DNA of 64,000 nt from Eledone cirrhosa (taxonomy: Eukaryota), in contig OZ024742.1 of assembly GCA_964016885.1 (NCBI GenBank), positions 95,418,001 through 95,482,000 of the forward strand, read 5' to 3'. Position numbers and translations under genes: made by a program. Of this stretch, positions 29,266-42,051 are shown piece by piece. Below the pieces are notes generated by a model. It saw only the letters and a program-made list of their open reading frames with translations. It was not told the origin of the DNA and searched no databases. Every line of letters begins with the position of its first letter. Within the stretch, counting starts at the first letter, position 1.

Positions 29266-30330
29266 TATATGTATATATATATATATATATTTCGTTTCTG
29301 AATTTGTTTAGCAAGATTCTTTATCTGAAATCGTGTGTTGAAACCGATATTGTTTCACCAGAGGTGAATTAGCTTACAAATTTAGAAGGGCCCTAAATAA
29401 ACATAAACTCAATATTAAGATAGTAGAAAGACCAGGTACCTCCGTAAAAACACTTATTAGCAAGACATACCCTTTTCAAAAACCCTCATGTATAGATAAG
29501 AAATGTATAACCTGTAAAATAAGCCCCCATATTAACTGTAGAACTAGAAATGTAGTGTATAGCATAAGATGTACTGAAGGACAATGTAGAGACAAAAATA
29601 TAGTGTACATAGGCAAGACAGCTCGTAGTGTAGGGGAACGGATCAATGAACACTGGCGAGACCTTGAAGATAGTAAAGAATCATCTGTACTCTACCAACA
29701 TGCTAAAATAAAACACAAGGGTAAATTAGAGAACATAGAAATACAAATAGAATCTACACACAGAAAAGACGCAATGTTTAGACAAATCACAGAGGCAATA
29801 AAAATAAAAGAATTACAACCAAAATTAAATAGAAAATATGAGTGGAACAGCAACATCACAACTTAAAATTAAGGACAAAATGAAAACACACACACACATA
29901 GAACAAACAACCAACCAGTAACATGTAAATAAACAAATAAATAAATGAACATAAACACACACAGACACCCGGATGTGGAGCATGCGCAGACTGAGCACAC
30001 AACACACACAGAAACAAAATGGCGTAGGACAGAACAAAGGAGAGGCACAGAAACAAAGAAAGGAATCCCCAGTCACTGAAGAGGTCACAGAGTGTGTGAC
30101 GAAAGAACTATGACAATATATAAACAACTATCTGGTTGTGGAACCAACCAACCAACCAACCAGAAATTTATAAATTTATAAATTTATTATAAATTTATTA
30201 TAATAAATTGAAGTGAAACAACTGGTGCGTGTGTTTCTTATTGGCAACATGACCCTCCCAAAGTATAACAATATCGGTTTCAACACACGATTTCAGATAA
30301 AGAATCTTGCTAAACAAATTCAGAAACGAA
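28276..30330 (+). mobile_element. Penelope-like element, forward 5'-truncated copy (RT, Cys linker, GIY-YIG, terminal repeat)
   Basis: QEEGAAIG..IAGDIANLFMVWWD, YSRYVDDI, LPVLD; linker CIDKKCITC..HINC; GIY-YIG at 29555-29866; has a stop, a frameshift and a ~210-bp insertion at 29147-29355. Confidence 0.92.
30072..30114 (+). ncRNA. Minimal type I HHR in the PLE terminal repeat
   Basis: gtca-CTGAAGA-g gtcaca gagtg tgtgac-GAAA-g aa c-TA-tgac. Confidence 0.8.
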
Positions 30331-30333
30331 ATA

Positions 30334-30365
<32 letters not shown>

Positions 30366-30386
30366 CATATATATACATATATATAC

Positions 30387-30480
<94 letters not shown>

Positions 30481-30501
30481 GTATATATATGTATATATAT
30501 G

Positions 30502-30555
<54 letters not shown>

Positions 30556-30556
30556 C

Positions 30557-30627
<71 letters not shown>

Positions 30628-30654
30628 TATACATATATATATATATATACATAT

Positions 30655-31904
30655 AGGCCTTAACATTAACCTGGCTAAGACTAAAGTTCTAGTTTGTAGG
30701 AAAGAAAATAAGGCGCCGGTCCCTTCCGGGAAATGGCCATGCTCAGTGTGTTGGAAAGGCGTAGGTAGAAACTCCATTTTATGTCCCAAATGCAAAGTAT
30801 GGGTGCATAAAAGATGTAGTGGGATCATAGGTAAGCTAACTAAGAACATAGATTTTACATGTGGCCGGTGCTCTGGTGCAATAAGTAGCAGCAAGTGCTC
30901 ACAAAATACTAGCTCTTTCAATTGCGCAAAGGGTTCTATAGAAATAGTGGACAGCTTCCGTTACTTGGGTGACAAAATCAGCAGTGGGGGAGGGTGCTCT
31001 GAAAGTACAGTTGCTAGAGTCAGAACTGGATGGAAAAAGTTCAGAGAGCTTATACCACTATTAGCGGCTAAAGTGTTCTCCCTAAAAATGAAAGGCAGGC
31101 TGTATGATGCCTGCATACGAACAGCAATGTTGCATGGCAGTGAGACCTGGGCATTGTCTGCAGAGGATATACGCAGACTAGAGAAGAACGAAGCTTGCAT
31201 GCTCCGCTGGATGTGTAATAGTAATATACGTGAACGGCAAAGCATAAACGAACTAAGGGAAAAATTAGAAATAAGAGGGATCAGATGTTGTTTACTCGAG
31301 AGAAGGCTACGTTGGTATGGTCACGTAAATCGCATGAAAGACGACAGCTGTATAAAAAAGTGCAGGGCAATAAAGATAGACGGTAGCCACGGAGTAGGCA
31401 GACCCAGAAAAACCTGGGACGACCTGATAAACTCCGACCTCACACACTTACACCTCTCCAAGATAATGTCACTGGACCGAGATCTTTAGCGGCACTCAGT
31501 AATAGAGAAAACACGCCTGACCTAAATACAGAGTAAAACCTACTACAGTCAGTAGGCATCTTTAACACAAATACACCCCCACCCCATCCACACCGCCCCT
31601 TTCAATGTAAAGTTATGTTGGTGCCACAACATCCAGGCCGAAACAAATGAGATCGTGTAGGTGTAACGACAAAAAAACACACAGTCCACGCTGTAATGTG
31701 GCCGTGTAGGTAACACGGTAAAAACCTCCCAGTCCCACACTGTAAATGTGGTTGGTGTTAGGAAGGGCATCCAGCTGTAGAAAACCCGCCAGACAGTCCT
31801 ATGCGAGCAAGACAACCATTCTTGCCTCAAGTGGGGAAACTCCCGTCCAACCCCATGCAAGCGTGGAACATGGACGTTAAACGATGATGATGATGATGAT
31901 GATG
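30655..31904 (+). mobile_element. 5'-truncated RTE LINE, right-arm copy
   Basis: [10 protein letters not shown], Cys/His finger, [23 protein letters not shown]; (GAT)n tail. Confidence 0.92.
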
Positions 31905-31928
31905 ATATATATATATATATACACACAC

Positions 31929-31961
<33 letters not shown>

Positions 31962-32000
31962 CATATATATACATATATATATATATACATATATATATCT

Positions 32001-32032
<32 letters not shown>

Positions 32033-32070
32033 CATCATCATCATCATCATCCCCGTTTTATGTCCGATCT

Positions 32071-32118
<48 letters not shown>

Positions 32119-32119
32119 T

Positions 32120-32253
<134 letters not shown>

Positions 32254-32308
32254 TATACATATATATATATCATCATCATCATCATCATCCCCGTTTTATG
32301 TCCGATCT

Positions 32309-32467
<159 letters not shown>

Positions 32468-32500
32468 CATATCTACACACATATATATATATACATATAT

Positions 32501-32533
<33 letters not shown>

Positions 32534-32546
32534 CATATCTACACAC

Positions 32547-32581
<35 letters not shown>

Positions 32582-32598
32582 CATATATACATATATAC

Positions 32599-32629
<31 letters not shown>

Positions 32630-32948
32630 CATATATATAAATATATATACATATATATATATATATGTATATATATATACATATATATACATATAGATAT
32701 ATCTATCTATCTAAGGCGGGTAAAATTCCCGAGGTCCATGGACGAGTTCTTTCCAGCGGTCTCTGTCCTTCATTATCGCTGTCATGTCCTGCATCTCCAA
32801 CAGACCAGTGTCTGTCCTTAGGGCATCAACATACGTTAACCTTGGTCTTCCACTTCTAGTGTGTCCATGTAGGGGCTCCCAAAGGAGCACTGAATGCAAT
32901 GTCAACTGTGGATGTTGGTGAGCATGTCCAGCATAACCCAGTCTCCTC

Positions 32949-33103
32949 AAAGAACTATGACAATATATAAACAACTATCTGGTTGTGGAACCAACCAACC
33001 AACCAACCAGAAATTCATAAATTTATAAATTTATTATAATAAATTGAAGTGAAAGCAACTGGTGCGTGTATTTCTTATTGGCAACATGACTCTCCCAAAG
33101 TAT

Positions 33104-33112
<9 letters not shown>
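32949..33112 (+). mobile_element. Extra partial copy of the PLE terminal repeat
   Basis: Matches 30102-30274; begins inside the HHR at aaagaactatgac and ends in (TA)n. Confidence 0.9.
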
Positions 33113-33181
<69 letters not shown>

Positions 33182-33182
33182 G

Positions 33183-33231
<49 letters not shown>

Positions 33232-33260
33232 GTATATATATATGTATGTATATATATATG

Positions 33261-33324
<64 letters not shown>

Positions 33325-33379
33325 TATATAGAGAACGGACGTAAAACGGGGATGATGATGATATATATATATGTATATA

Positions 33380-33411
<32 letters not shown>

Positions 33412-33413
33412 CG

Positions 33414-33476
<63 letters not shown>

Positions 33477-33489
33477 GTATATATATGTG

Positions 33490-33540
<51 letters not shown>

Positions 33541-33567
33541 GTATATATATGTGTAGATATATATATA

Positions 33568-33614
<47 letters not shown>

Positions 33615-34122
33615 TTATATATGTATAGCCCCGTTTTTTCCTCATGTGCTTTTTCATAAATACACATGAAGGCGAACTAGCCAGTTTTAGAATTCCCTTT
33701 TTCGGACTATATTACTGTGAGAGCCCTGGTTTTCTGTTGAGCTCTGCTGATGAATGATATTCCAACCGTGACCATCTCCACTGAAAGTTTTCATGAAATA
33801 GTCTTTTAAGACTATACAGAGCATTTGATGTTATTCCAAATTGAAGGATAAGTGTTTCAAACTTTGTTTTATCATGAGTTAAAGGTCTATAGATTTTTCC
33901 ATGGATTTTACTAAATTCTGTGGATGAATTTGTATCCTGATTCTCTTTTGAGATGAGTTTGAGTTATTTTTCCTAAATCTTTCGTTAACTACTTTTCCCA
34001 TCCTGACGTTATAGTCGCATATATGTTATAGAATGCCGTTAGCTTCTTGCTAAAACAATCTCTATACGTCTCATTTATATGTATATATATATATATATAT
34101 GTATATCTATATATATATATGC

Positions 34123-34214
<92 letters not shown>

Positions 34215-34438
34215 ATATATATATCTATATCTATATATATCTATATCTATATATATGTATATATATATATGTATATATGTATATATAAGAGTGGGAAATG
34301 AAATTTCGTTTCATTTTTTCCGTTTATCGTTTTCGGTGCACCCGGCCGATTAACCCACTCGATATGCAAACTGGGCTACTCATCCGTTAATATGCATAAG
34401 GTAAGTATATACGTTCAACAATCTGGCAGGAAGGTATA

Positions 34439-34480
34439 CGTTGCTGACGATAGCTAATAAGCCTGGAAACTAGTACAGTG
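34439..34480 (+). ncRNA. Minimal type I HHR, canonical core
   Basis: cgttg-CTGACGA-tagct aata agcctg-GAAA-c ta g-TA-cagtg; stem I extends as aggaa/ttcct past a 6-nt bulge. Confidence 0.78.
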
Positions 34481-34862
34481 TTCCTTTGTCAGTGTTGAAC
34501 AAACGAGCAACGATGGTTGCTGGACACTACGGCTTAATACGGGATGTTTGTTTACAAACACATCGAACATTATAATACATGTTCCGTGAATCCATAGGTA
34601 CATATATATATGTGTGCATGTATGTATATATATATATACATACTACTGTACGTCTGTATACATATGTGTTTTGTACGTGTACATACTTATATTTAAGTAA
34701 CAGCCGTACTAAGTGTGGGAAATTAAATTTCGTTTCATTTTTTCCGTTTATCGTTTTCTGTGCACCCGGCCGATTAACCCACTCGATATGCAAATTGGGC
34801 TACTCAGCTGTTAATATGCATAAGGTAAGTATATACGTTCAACAATCTGGCAGGAAGGTATA

Positions 34863-34903
34863 CGTTGCTAACGATAGCTAATAAGCTTGAAACTAGTACA
34901 ACG
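34863..34903 (+). ncRNA. Minimal type I HHR with G5A core change
   Basis: cgttg-CTAACGA-tagct aata agctt-GAAA-c ta g-TA-caacg; perfect 5-bp stem I. Confidence 0.7.
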
Positions 34904-35186
34904 TTCCTTTGTCAGTGTTGAACAAACGAGCAACGATGGTTGCTGGACACTACGGCTTAATACGGGATGTTTGTTTACAAACACACCGAGCATTATAATA
35001 AATGTTCGGTGAATCCATACGTACATATATATATGTGTGTGCATGTATGTATATATATATATACATACTACTGTACGTCTGTATACAAATATGTATGTAC
35101 GTGTACATACTTATATTTAAGTTACAGCCGTACTAAGAGTGGGAAATGAAATTTCGTTTCATTTTTTCCGTTTATATATATATATG

Positions 35187-35233
<47 letters not shown>

Positions 35234-35248
35234 GTATATATATATGTA

Positions 35249-35287
<39 letters not shown>

Positions 35288-35370
35288 CTTTATATATATA
35301 TGTATACATATATACATATATATGTATATATATATGTATACATATATACATGTATATACATATATACATG

Positions 35371-35708
<338 letters not shown>

Positions 35709-35749
35709 TAAATAAATGTCAAATGATTAAAATTTAGCTTCGTTTATTA

Positions 35750-35802
35750 CTGCTATATATATTTCAGTGACAGCCATCTTTGGCTGTGACCTCTTCAGGC
35801 AG
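35750..35802 (-). ncRNA. Minimal type I HHR (left arm)
   Basis: Exact reverse complement of 35914-35966. Confidence 0.82.
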
Positions 35803-35913
35803 TTTGAATTAGTATGGTATAGACAACCCAACAAGGAACTGGGCATATCAGAGTATTGACAATATCATACACCTAAACAACATATGTACTTGTCTATACC
35901 ATACTAATTCAAA

Positions 35914-35966
35914 CTGCCTGAAGAGGTCACAGCCAAAGATGGCTGTCACTGAAATATATATAGCAG
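35914..35966 (+). ncRNA. Minimal type I HHR (right arm), canonical core
   Basis: ctgc-CTGAAGA-ggtcacagcca aaga tggctgtcact-GAAA-t atat a-TA-gcag; palindromic stem III. Confidence 0.82.
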
Positions 35967-36113
35967 TAATAAACGAAGCTAAATTTTAATCATTTGACTT
36001 TTATTTAACTTTATTTTACACTACTCCGGAGTAACCAAACCAACCTGCGCACTTCGTCGAGTGCTCCAGCCTGCATACTGAGGTGTTGGTATACAACCAA
36101 CATAAACTCAAAA

Positions 36114-36183
<70 letters not shown>

Positions 36184-36184
36184 C

Positions 36185-36493
36185 AATGGAAAAATTTGAA
36201 CAGGGACAAGACAGAGAGGCAGTACAACAAATGTTTATTAATTTCATGCTCTTGAGAGTGAGGTGTTGGTGGGGGACGATGTTTCGGGCATAAGCCCTTC
36301 CTCAGGTGGGAAGTGTGTGGGAACAGACCAAGTGTGGGAAGGTGTGTAAAGTTCGGAGAAAGGTCACGGCGGATTAGATCGGAGTTGAGCCGGTAGTTAA
36401 GTTATGTTCCAAGGAATGGAAGCCGTGTGACCGTGTATTATATATAATGGAAAAATTTGAACAGGGACAAGACAGAGAGGCAGTACAACAAAT
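36185..36493 (-). mobile_element. 309-bp unit with a 48-bp terminal direct repeat and an HHR-like core
   Basis: 36185-36232 is identical to 36446-36493; minus strand CTGAGGA-agggc ttat gccc-GAAAC-atc-GTC at 36275-36305, but no stem I is visible. Confidence 0.55.
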
Positions 36494-36498
36494 ATTCG

Positions 36499-37528
36499 AG
36501 TTAATATAAAAAATTATGATCAACACTAATGTGTTTTCATTGCAAATTGACAATAATTTAGCCAGATATAAATACCTTAATTCAAATACATATAGTCTTC
36601 CTGTATCGATCTAAAAAATAATAAATCTATACTCACAGATGTCTATCGGCAACGGCCTTGGTGCCCATACAAGTTTAAATTTTAAAATTCAAACCTTTTC
36701 AGCAGATCAGTCCGAACTTCAAAAAATAAACCTGTTTCACAAAGGATGGTATACTATTGAAATAATTAATTAATTATGGAATAACTATCTATGAAATAAT
36801 TATTAGTGAAATAATCAATTTCTGTGATTCTCAATAGGCACCCAGATAAATTGGAGTTACTTCACCTAAGAGAAATATCTTAGGACTGATCTGTCGTATG
36901 CCAAATACATGTGCTTTTGCACACGATTTTTCCCAGCAGTCTGGCTCATATTCACGGCGCTAGAAATAACGGCCGCTTATATGGGATTACGAATTCAGCT
37001 CTACCGAAGGAGCAGACATAATATAATTTAGAGTTTTCACTCAGGAGTCAAATACAATTATTAAGCTCTAAGAAATATTTCTGAGCAGTACAATTCAAGT
37101 TAATATAAAAAATTATGATCAACACTAATGTGTTTTCATTGCAAATTGACAATAATTTAGCCAGATAGAAATACCTTAATTCAAATACATATAGTCTGCC
37201 TGTATCGATCTAAAAAATAATAAATCTATACTCACAGATGTCTATCGGCAACAGTCTTGGTGCCCATACAAATTTAAATTTAAAAATTCAAACCTTTTCA
37301 GCAGATCAGTCCGAACTTCAAAAAATAAACCTGTTTCACAAAGGATGGTATACTATTGAAATAATTAATTAATTATGGAATAACTATTTCTATCTGGCTA
37401 AATTATTGTCAATTTGCAATGAAAACACATTAGTGTTGATCATAATTTTTTATATTAACCTGAATTGTACTGCTCAGAAATATTTCTTAGAGCTTAATAA
37501 TTGTATTTGACTCCTGAGTGAAAACTCT

Positions 37529-37537
<9 letters not shown>
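36499..37537. repeat. Direct duplication (36499-36788 and 37098-37387) plus inverted repeat (37021-37173 and 37385-37537)
   Basis: Near-identical sequence by direct reading; the right end runs into (TA)n. Confidence 0.9.
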
Positions 37538-37582
<45 letters not shown>

Positions 37583-37586
<4 letters not shown>

Positions 37587-38953
37587 AACCAGTAAGACCC
37601 CGACAGCTGAGCTCAAGCCGTTTCGACGGCTAATTCTGGACTAAATGAAAATTTATCCTGGTATTTAAATAGCCGATCTTCTCAAGGGGTAATTCCATAT
37701 ATGGTCAAAGTGATTGTCAAAAATCAGTAGTAATTCTGTGGTTGCAAATTAGTAGGGGAGATGGTGGCTAAACCTGCCAGTAGGAGAAAGAGGGGAGGGG
37801 GTGGAGTAGACCCAATCAAGCGTTGGTAGTGCCAGCTACAGCTGGGCATGAGGTCAAAGAAGATACAGGGGAGGGGGAGGGGGAGGAAGTCGGAACGGTA
37901 GGTAGAACAATGGGGGGTAGAAATAGGAAAGAAAAAATACTGAGAGTGAAGAAAAGCAAATAAGTGTAAAGAAAAGTAAAGTAAATTAAATTCTACGACC
38001 TAGGTGTCAGGCTATTGTTAGGCGAGAATAAAATAAAGAAAGAAAGAAAGAAGTAAATAAATAAATAAATAAATAAATAAGGAAATAAGTAAGAGAACTA
38101 GGTGGGACGGATAAGGGAAGGACCCTTTTAAGAGGTATAAGTACGTAAATGATACGGTGACGGGTCAACAAAAGGGGCCAAAATACTAAAGAGACTACCA
38201 CGAAATAAACAATAAAGGTTTCCATCCCGGGCTAGCAACGACCCAGTGCAGCAAAGTGAACTTGTACGAGATAATAATTCTGAGTCCCGAGAAAAATATA
38301 TACTAATGCTAACTCTAAAAGATCTAAAACAAGCTACATGAAAGTTCGTACGAAATAAAGGTAGAATACGGAGAAATAAATTCAGAATCCACCCCGCCCA
38401 GAAGAAAAGCGAAGCAAGAAATACTGAAACGAAAAAATAAGGCATGTGCCACTAAGAAATATAGAGGGCACAGAGAATAGTGGGAGCGGTCGGAAAAAGG
38501 GGGAAAGTATCCGGGGTCTAAGCCAACTGCTATAAAGGGCGGAGTCCGCCAAATCTATCAAAGACTAGGGGAGGGGGGTGGGGGTACTAATGGGAGTTCT
38601 TTGACCTCATGCCCAGCTGTAGCTGGCACTACCAACGCTTGATTGGGTCTACTCCACCCCCTCCCCTCTTTCTCCTACTGGCAGGTTTAGCCACCATCTC
38701 CCCTACTAATTTGCAACCACAGAATTACTACTGATTTTTGACAATCACTTTGACCATATATGGAATTACCCCTTGAGAAGATCGGCTATTTAAATACCAG
38801 GATAAATTTTCATTTAGTCCAGAATTAGCCGTCGAAACGGCTTGAGCTCAGCTGTCGGGGTCTTACTGGTTCCTATTACCCACTCTACTACCTCAAGTAT
38901 TGAGCACTTTGGTGCGTTATGGTCCACCTGGTTCCTTACCACATTTCCTTCGT

Positions 38954-38957
<4 letters not shown>
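37583..38957. mobile_element. 1.37-kb unit with ~280-bp inverted repeats, tails outward into (TA)n
   Basis: 37583-37861 is the reverse complement of 38598-38875; the tail is shared with 44713-44887, 45992-46167 and 47718-47858. Confidence 0.88.
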
Positions 38958-38981
<24 letters not shown>

Positions 38982-38988
<7 letters not shown>

Positions 38989-40987
38989 GTGAGGTTTTTT
39001 TTACAAAATGAAAAATAACCGAGGTGTCCTACACGAGTGAAAGTATAAAGAAAAAGAGATGAAATCGAAAATGCAACTGGAGTCTTATTTTAAAAAAATA
39101 TATATATATTTATTTGGTTCCTTTACCAGTTTCGCAGTTCTTCTGCTTTTCAAAAGGTGAGTTGAGATGGAGGGTCTGTCGTTTTTCTCACATCTGGTTG
39201 GTCTCTGAATGTTACTTGTTTTATATGGAAAAAGTGGCTCGAAATGCTAGGTTTTTCGAGAAGTAATTTGATTGGTTTGTCAATAATTATAATAAATTTC
39301 GCGCCAGTTCGCGTTACAATAGTTCTTCAAATAATAGGGGGGGGGGGGTTGTCACAGGTTGTTTTTTTCATATATGAGTGTTTGAATTTCTTTTTACTTG
39401 AAAAAAGGGGCTCACGAAGTCTTTTTTTTTGGTTGGTTATAAATGAAATTATGGCTGTCACGTTACAAGTTTTCATTAAATTTTCGTGCCCTTATTTGGA
39501 AATCAATTCTGTAGCCATTTTAGAGAATTTCATGATAAGTGAAAGATAATGGTCAAGAGAAAGGGATGGGAGAATTTAAAACAGAAATAGAACTGTTGCG
39601 ATTAAGAGCCAACTCCAACGAAGAAAAATTCAAGTCACTCGACCAACAGATGGACACAAAAATCTCAAAGCACTCTGAAGGCCTACTCTACAAAAAAACC
39701 CCTAAAACTTTGGAAAGAAAACTGTGAGGATGAAGAACTAACATCCCTCCAGCGATGGGAAAAAAACGCCACCTGGTTCAACAACTACGAAATGGACTTC
39801 AAAAATGAACAACATACAGGTAACCCATTTTTAAAACAAACTAAAACTCACACACCACATGCACAACAAATAACAAAAAAAGTAACAAAACGTCCAACAT
39901 ACCCCCAGCAAAACTATAACGATAATCCCAGAAACCATAGACAAAACTATAACCTTACTAACAAAAACCAAAGATCCCCGAACACAAGGCAGGACCTGAT
40001 CCGCAGATCACAACCCACACAAAACCTAATCCAAAACCGTAGACCCCTGCCCCTACAGAGCCTGTTCTAAAACCGTAGATCCCAACCCACACAAAGGAAC
40101 AAAATCTACAATCCGGACTATCAACAAACCGAACCTCAATACGTCCGAAACTTCTATACAAGACCACACAACAACAGGGGAAATACCATTAGATATAATA
40201 ATACCATTGAAAAAACATTCCAGAAAAATCATTTTTTAGACCAAGGCTAGAGGACTCACGACACCCAGTGGCACAAACCGATTTTGAAAAACCGAAAATA
40301 ATTAACCATTCAAATACAAACCTCTCAGCCCAACAAGTAAAAATTCTCTCCAAAGGACTGAAATTCACACCAACACTACAATACTCTAACCCCAATGAAA
40401 TAAATGACGATATCTCACACTTCTGTAGAAAATTACGTCTCACAGAGGAATTCTTTGACAAAGAGAATAACGACGAATCAATTGTACGGAATAAAAGCAG
40501 CTACAACCCAACAAAAGGTAGAAACAGAGTTCTGGACAAATTTTGTGACCACATAGCTACCTTCTCATACCATGAACTACCGCAACCTAAACCCAAACCC
40601 AAAACGAATCGAAGGGAATGGGAGATTATCCATGAACTAAAAAACAATACGGACATTATAATTAAGGAAGCGGACAAGGGAAGTACTGTTGTCATTATGG
40701 ATGCTGAAAATATAAAAATTCTATGTTCTCTCTCTTAGAAAATACTAATTACTATGAAAGAGTAAAAAACTACCATCTATCAAAAATAATGACCAAATTA
40801 AACACACTGATTTATCGTTACCAGGAAGACCTAACTAAAAAGAAACGCGATTATTTAACAAATTTTGAATACAAAACCAGCAACCTTTACGGACTTCCGA
40901 AGATCCACAAATGTAAAATAATCAACGATGCCTGTAAACAATCCACCTCAGCCTGCGTGAACACACAATATCCCACAGAACTTAAAT
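38982..40987 (+). mobile_element. Penelope-like element: N-terminal/RT-start fragment (+) preceded by a probable inverted terminal repeat
   Basis: [45 protein letters not shown] (40268-40987, frameshifted); degenerate minus-strand HHR cctt-TTGAAAA-gcag aagaa ctgc-GAAA-ctgg-TA-aagg at 39120-39157. Confidence 0.85.
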
Positions 40988-40997
40988 ATATATATAC

Positions 40998-41071
<74 letters not shown>

Positions 41072-41088
41072 ATACATATATACATATA

Positions 41089-41540
<452 letters not shown>

Positions 41541-41543
41541 AAT

Positions 41544-41764
<221 letters not shown>

Positions 41765-41997
41765 TATATATATATATACATATGTATATATATATATATA
41801 TATATACATATGTCTATATATATATATATATACATATGTATATATATATATATGCATATGTACATATGTATATATTTATATATGCATATGTATATATATG
41901 TATATATATATATGTATATATATATATGTATGTGTATACATATATATATATATATATATATGTATATGTATACATACATATATATATATGTATATGT

Positions 41998-42044
<47 letters not shown>

Positions 42045-42051
42045 CATATGT

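Larger units (their letters stand above)
34286..35174 (+). mobile_element. Tandem 424-bp repeat (2.1 monomers) with one HHR per monomer; candidate non-LTR retrozyme
   Basis: Monomer starts at 34286, 34710 and 35134; non-coding; (TA)n on both sides; HHRs at 34439 and 34863. Confidence 0.8.

Noticed and set aside
33746-33790. CTGATGA followed by GAAA
   Set aside because: No stem II or stem I pairing.
34392-34410. atgcataag/gtaagt, resembling a spliced-leader donor inside the tandem monomer
   Set aside because: Only a donor-like motif; no supporting SL RNA structure identified, and SL trans-splicing is not established for the likely host.
38128-38445. 105-aa minus-strand ORF inside the 37583-38957 unit
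   Set aside because: No recognisable domain; cannot be assigned as a PLE N-terminus without a search.
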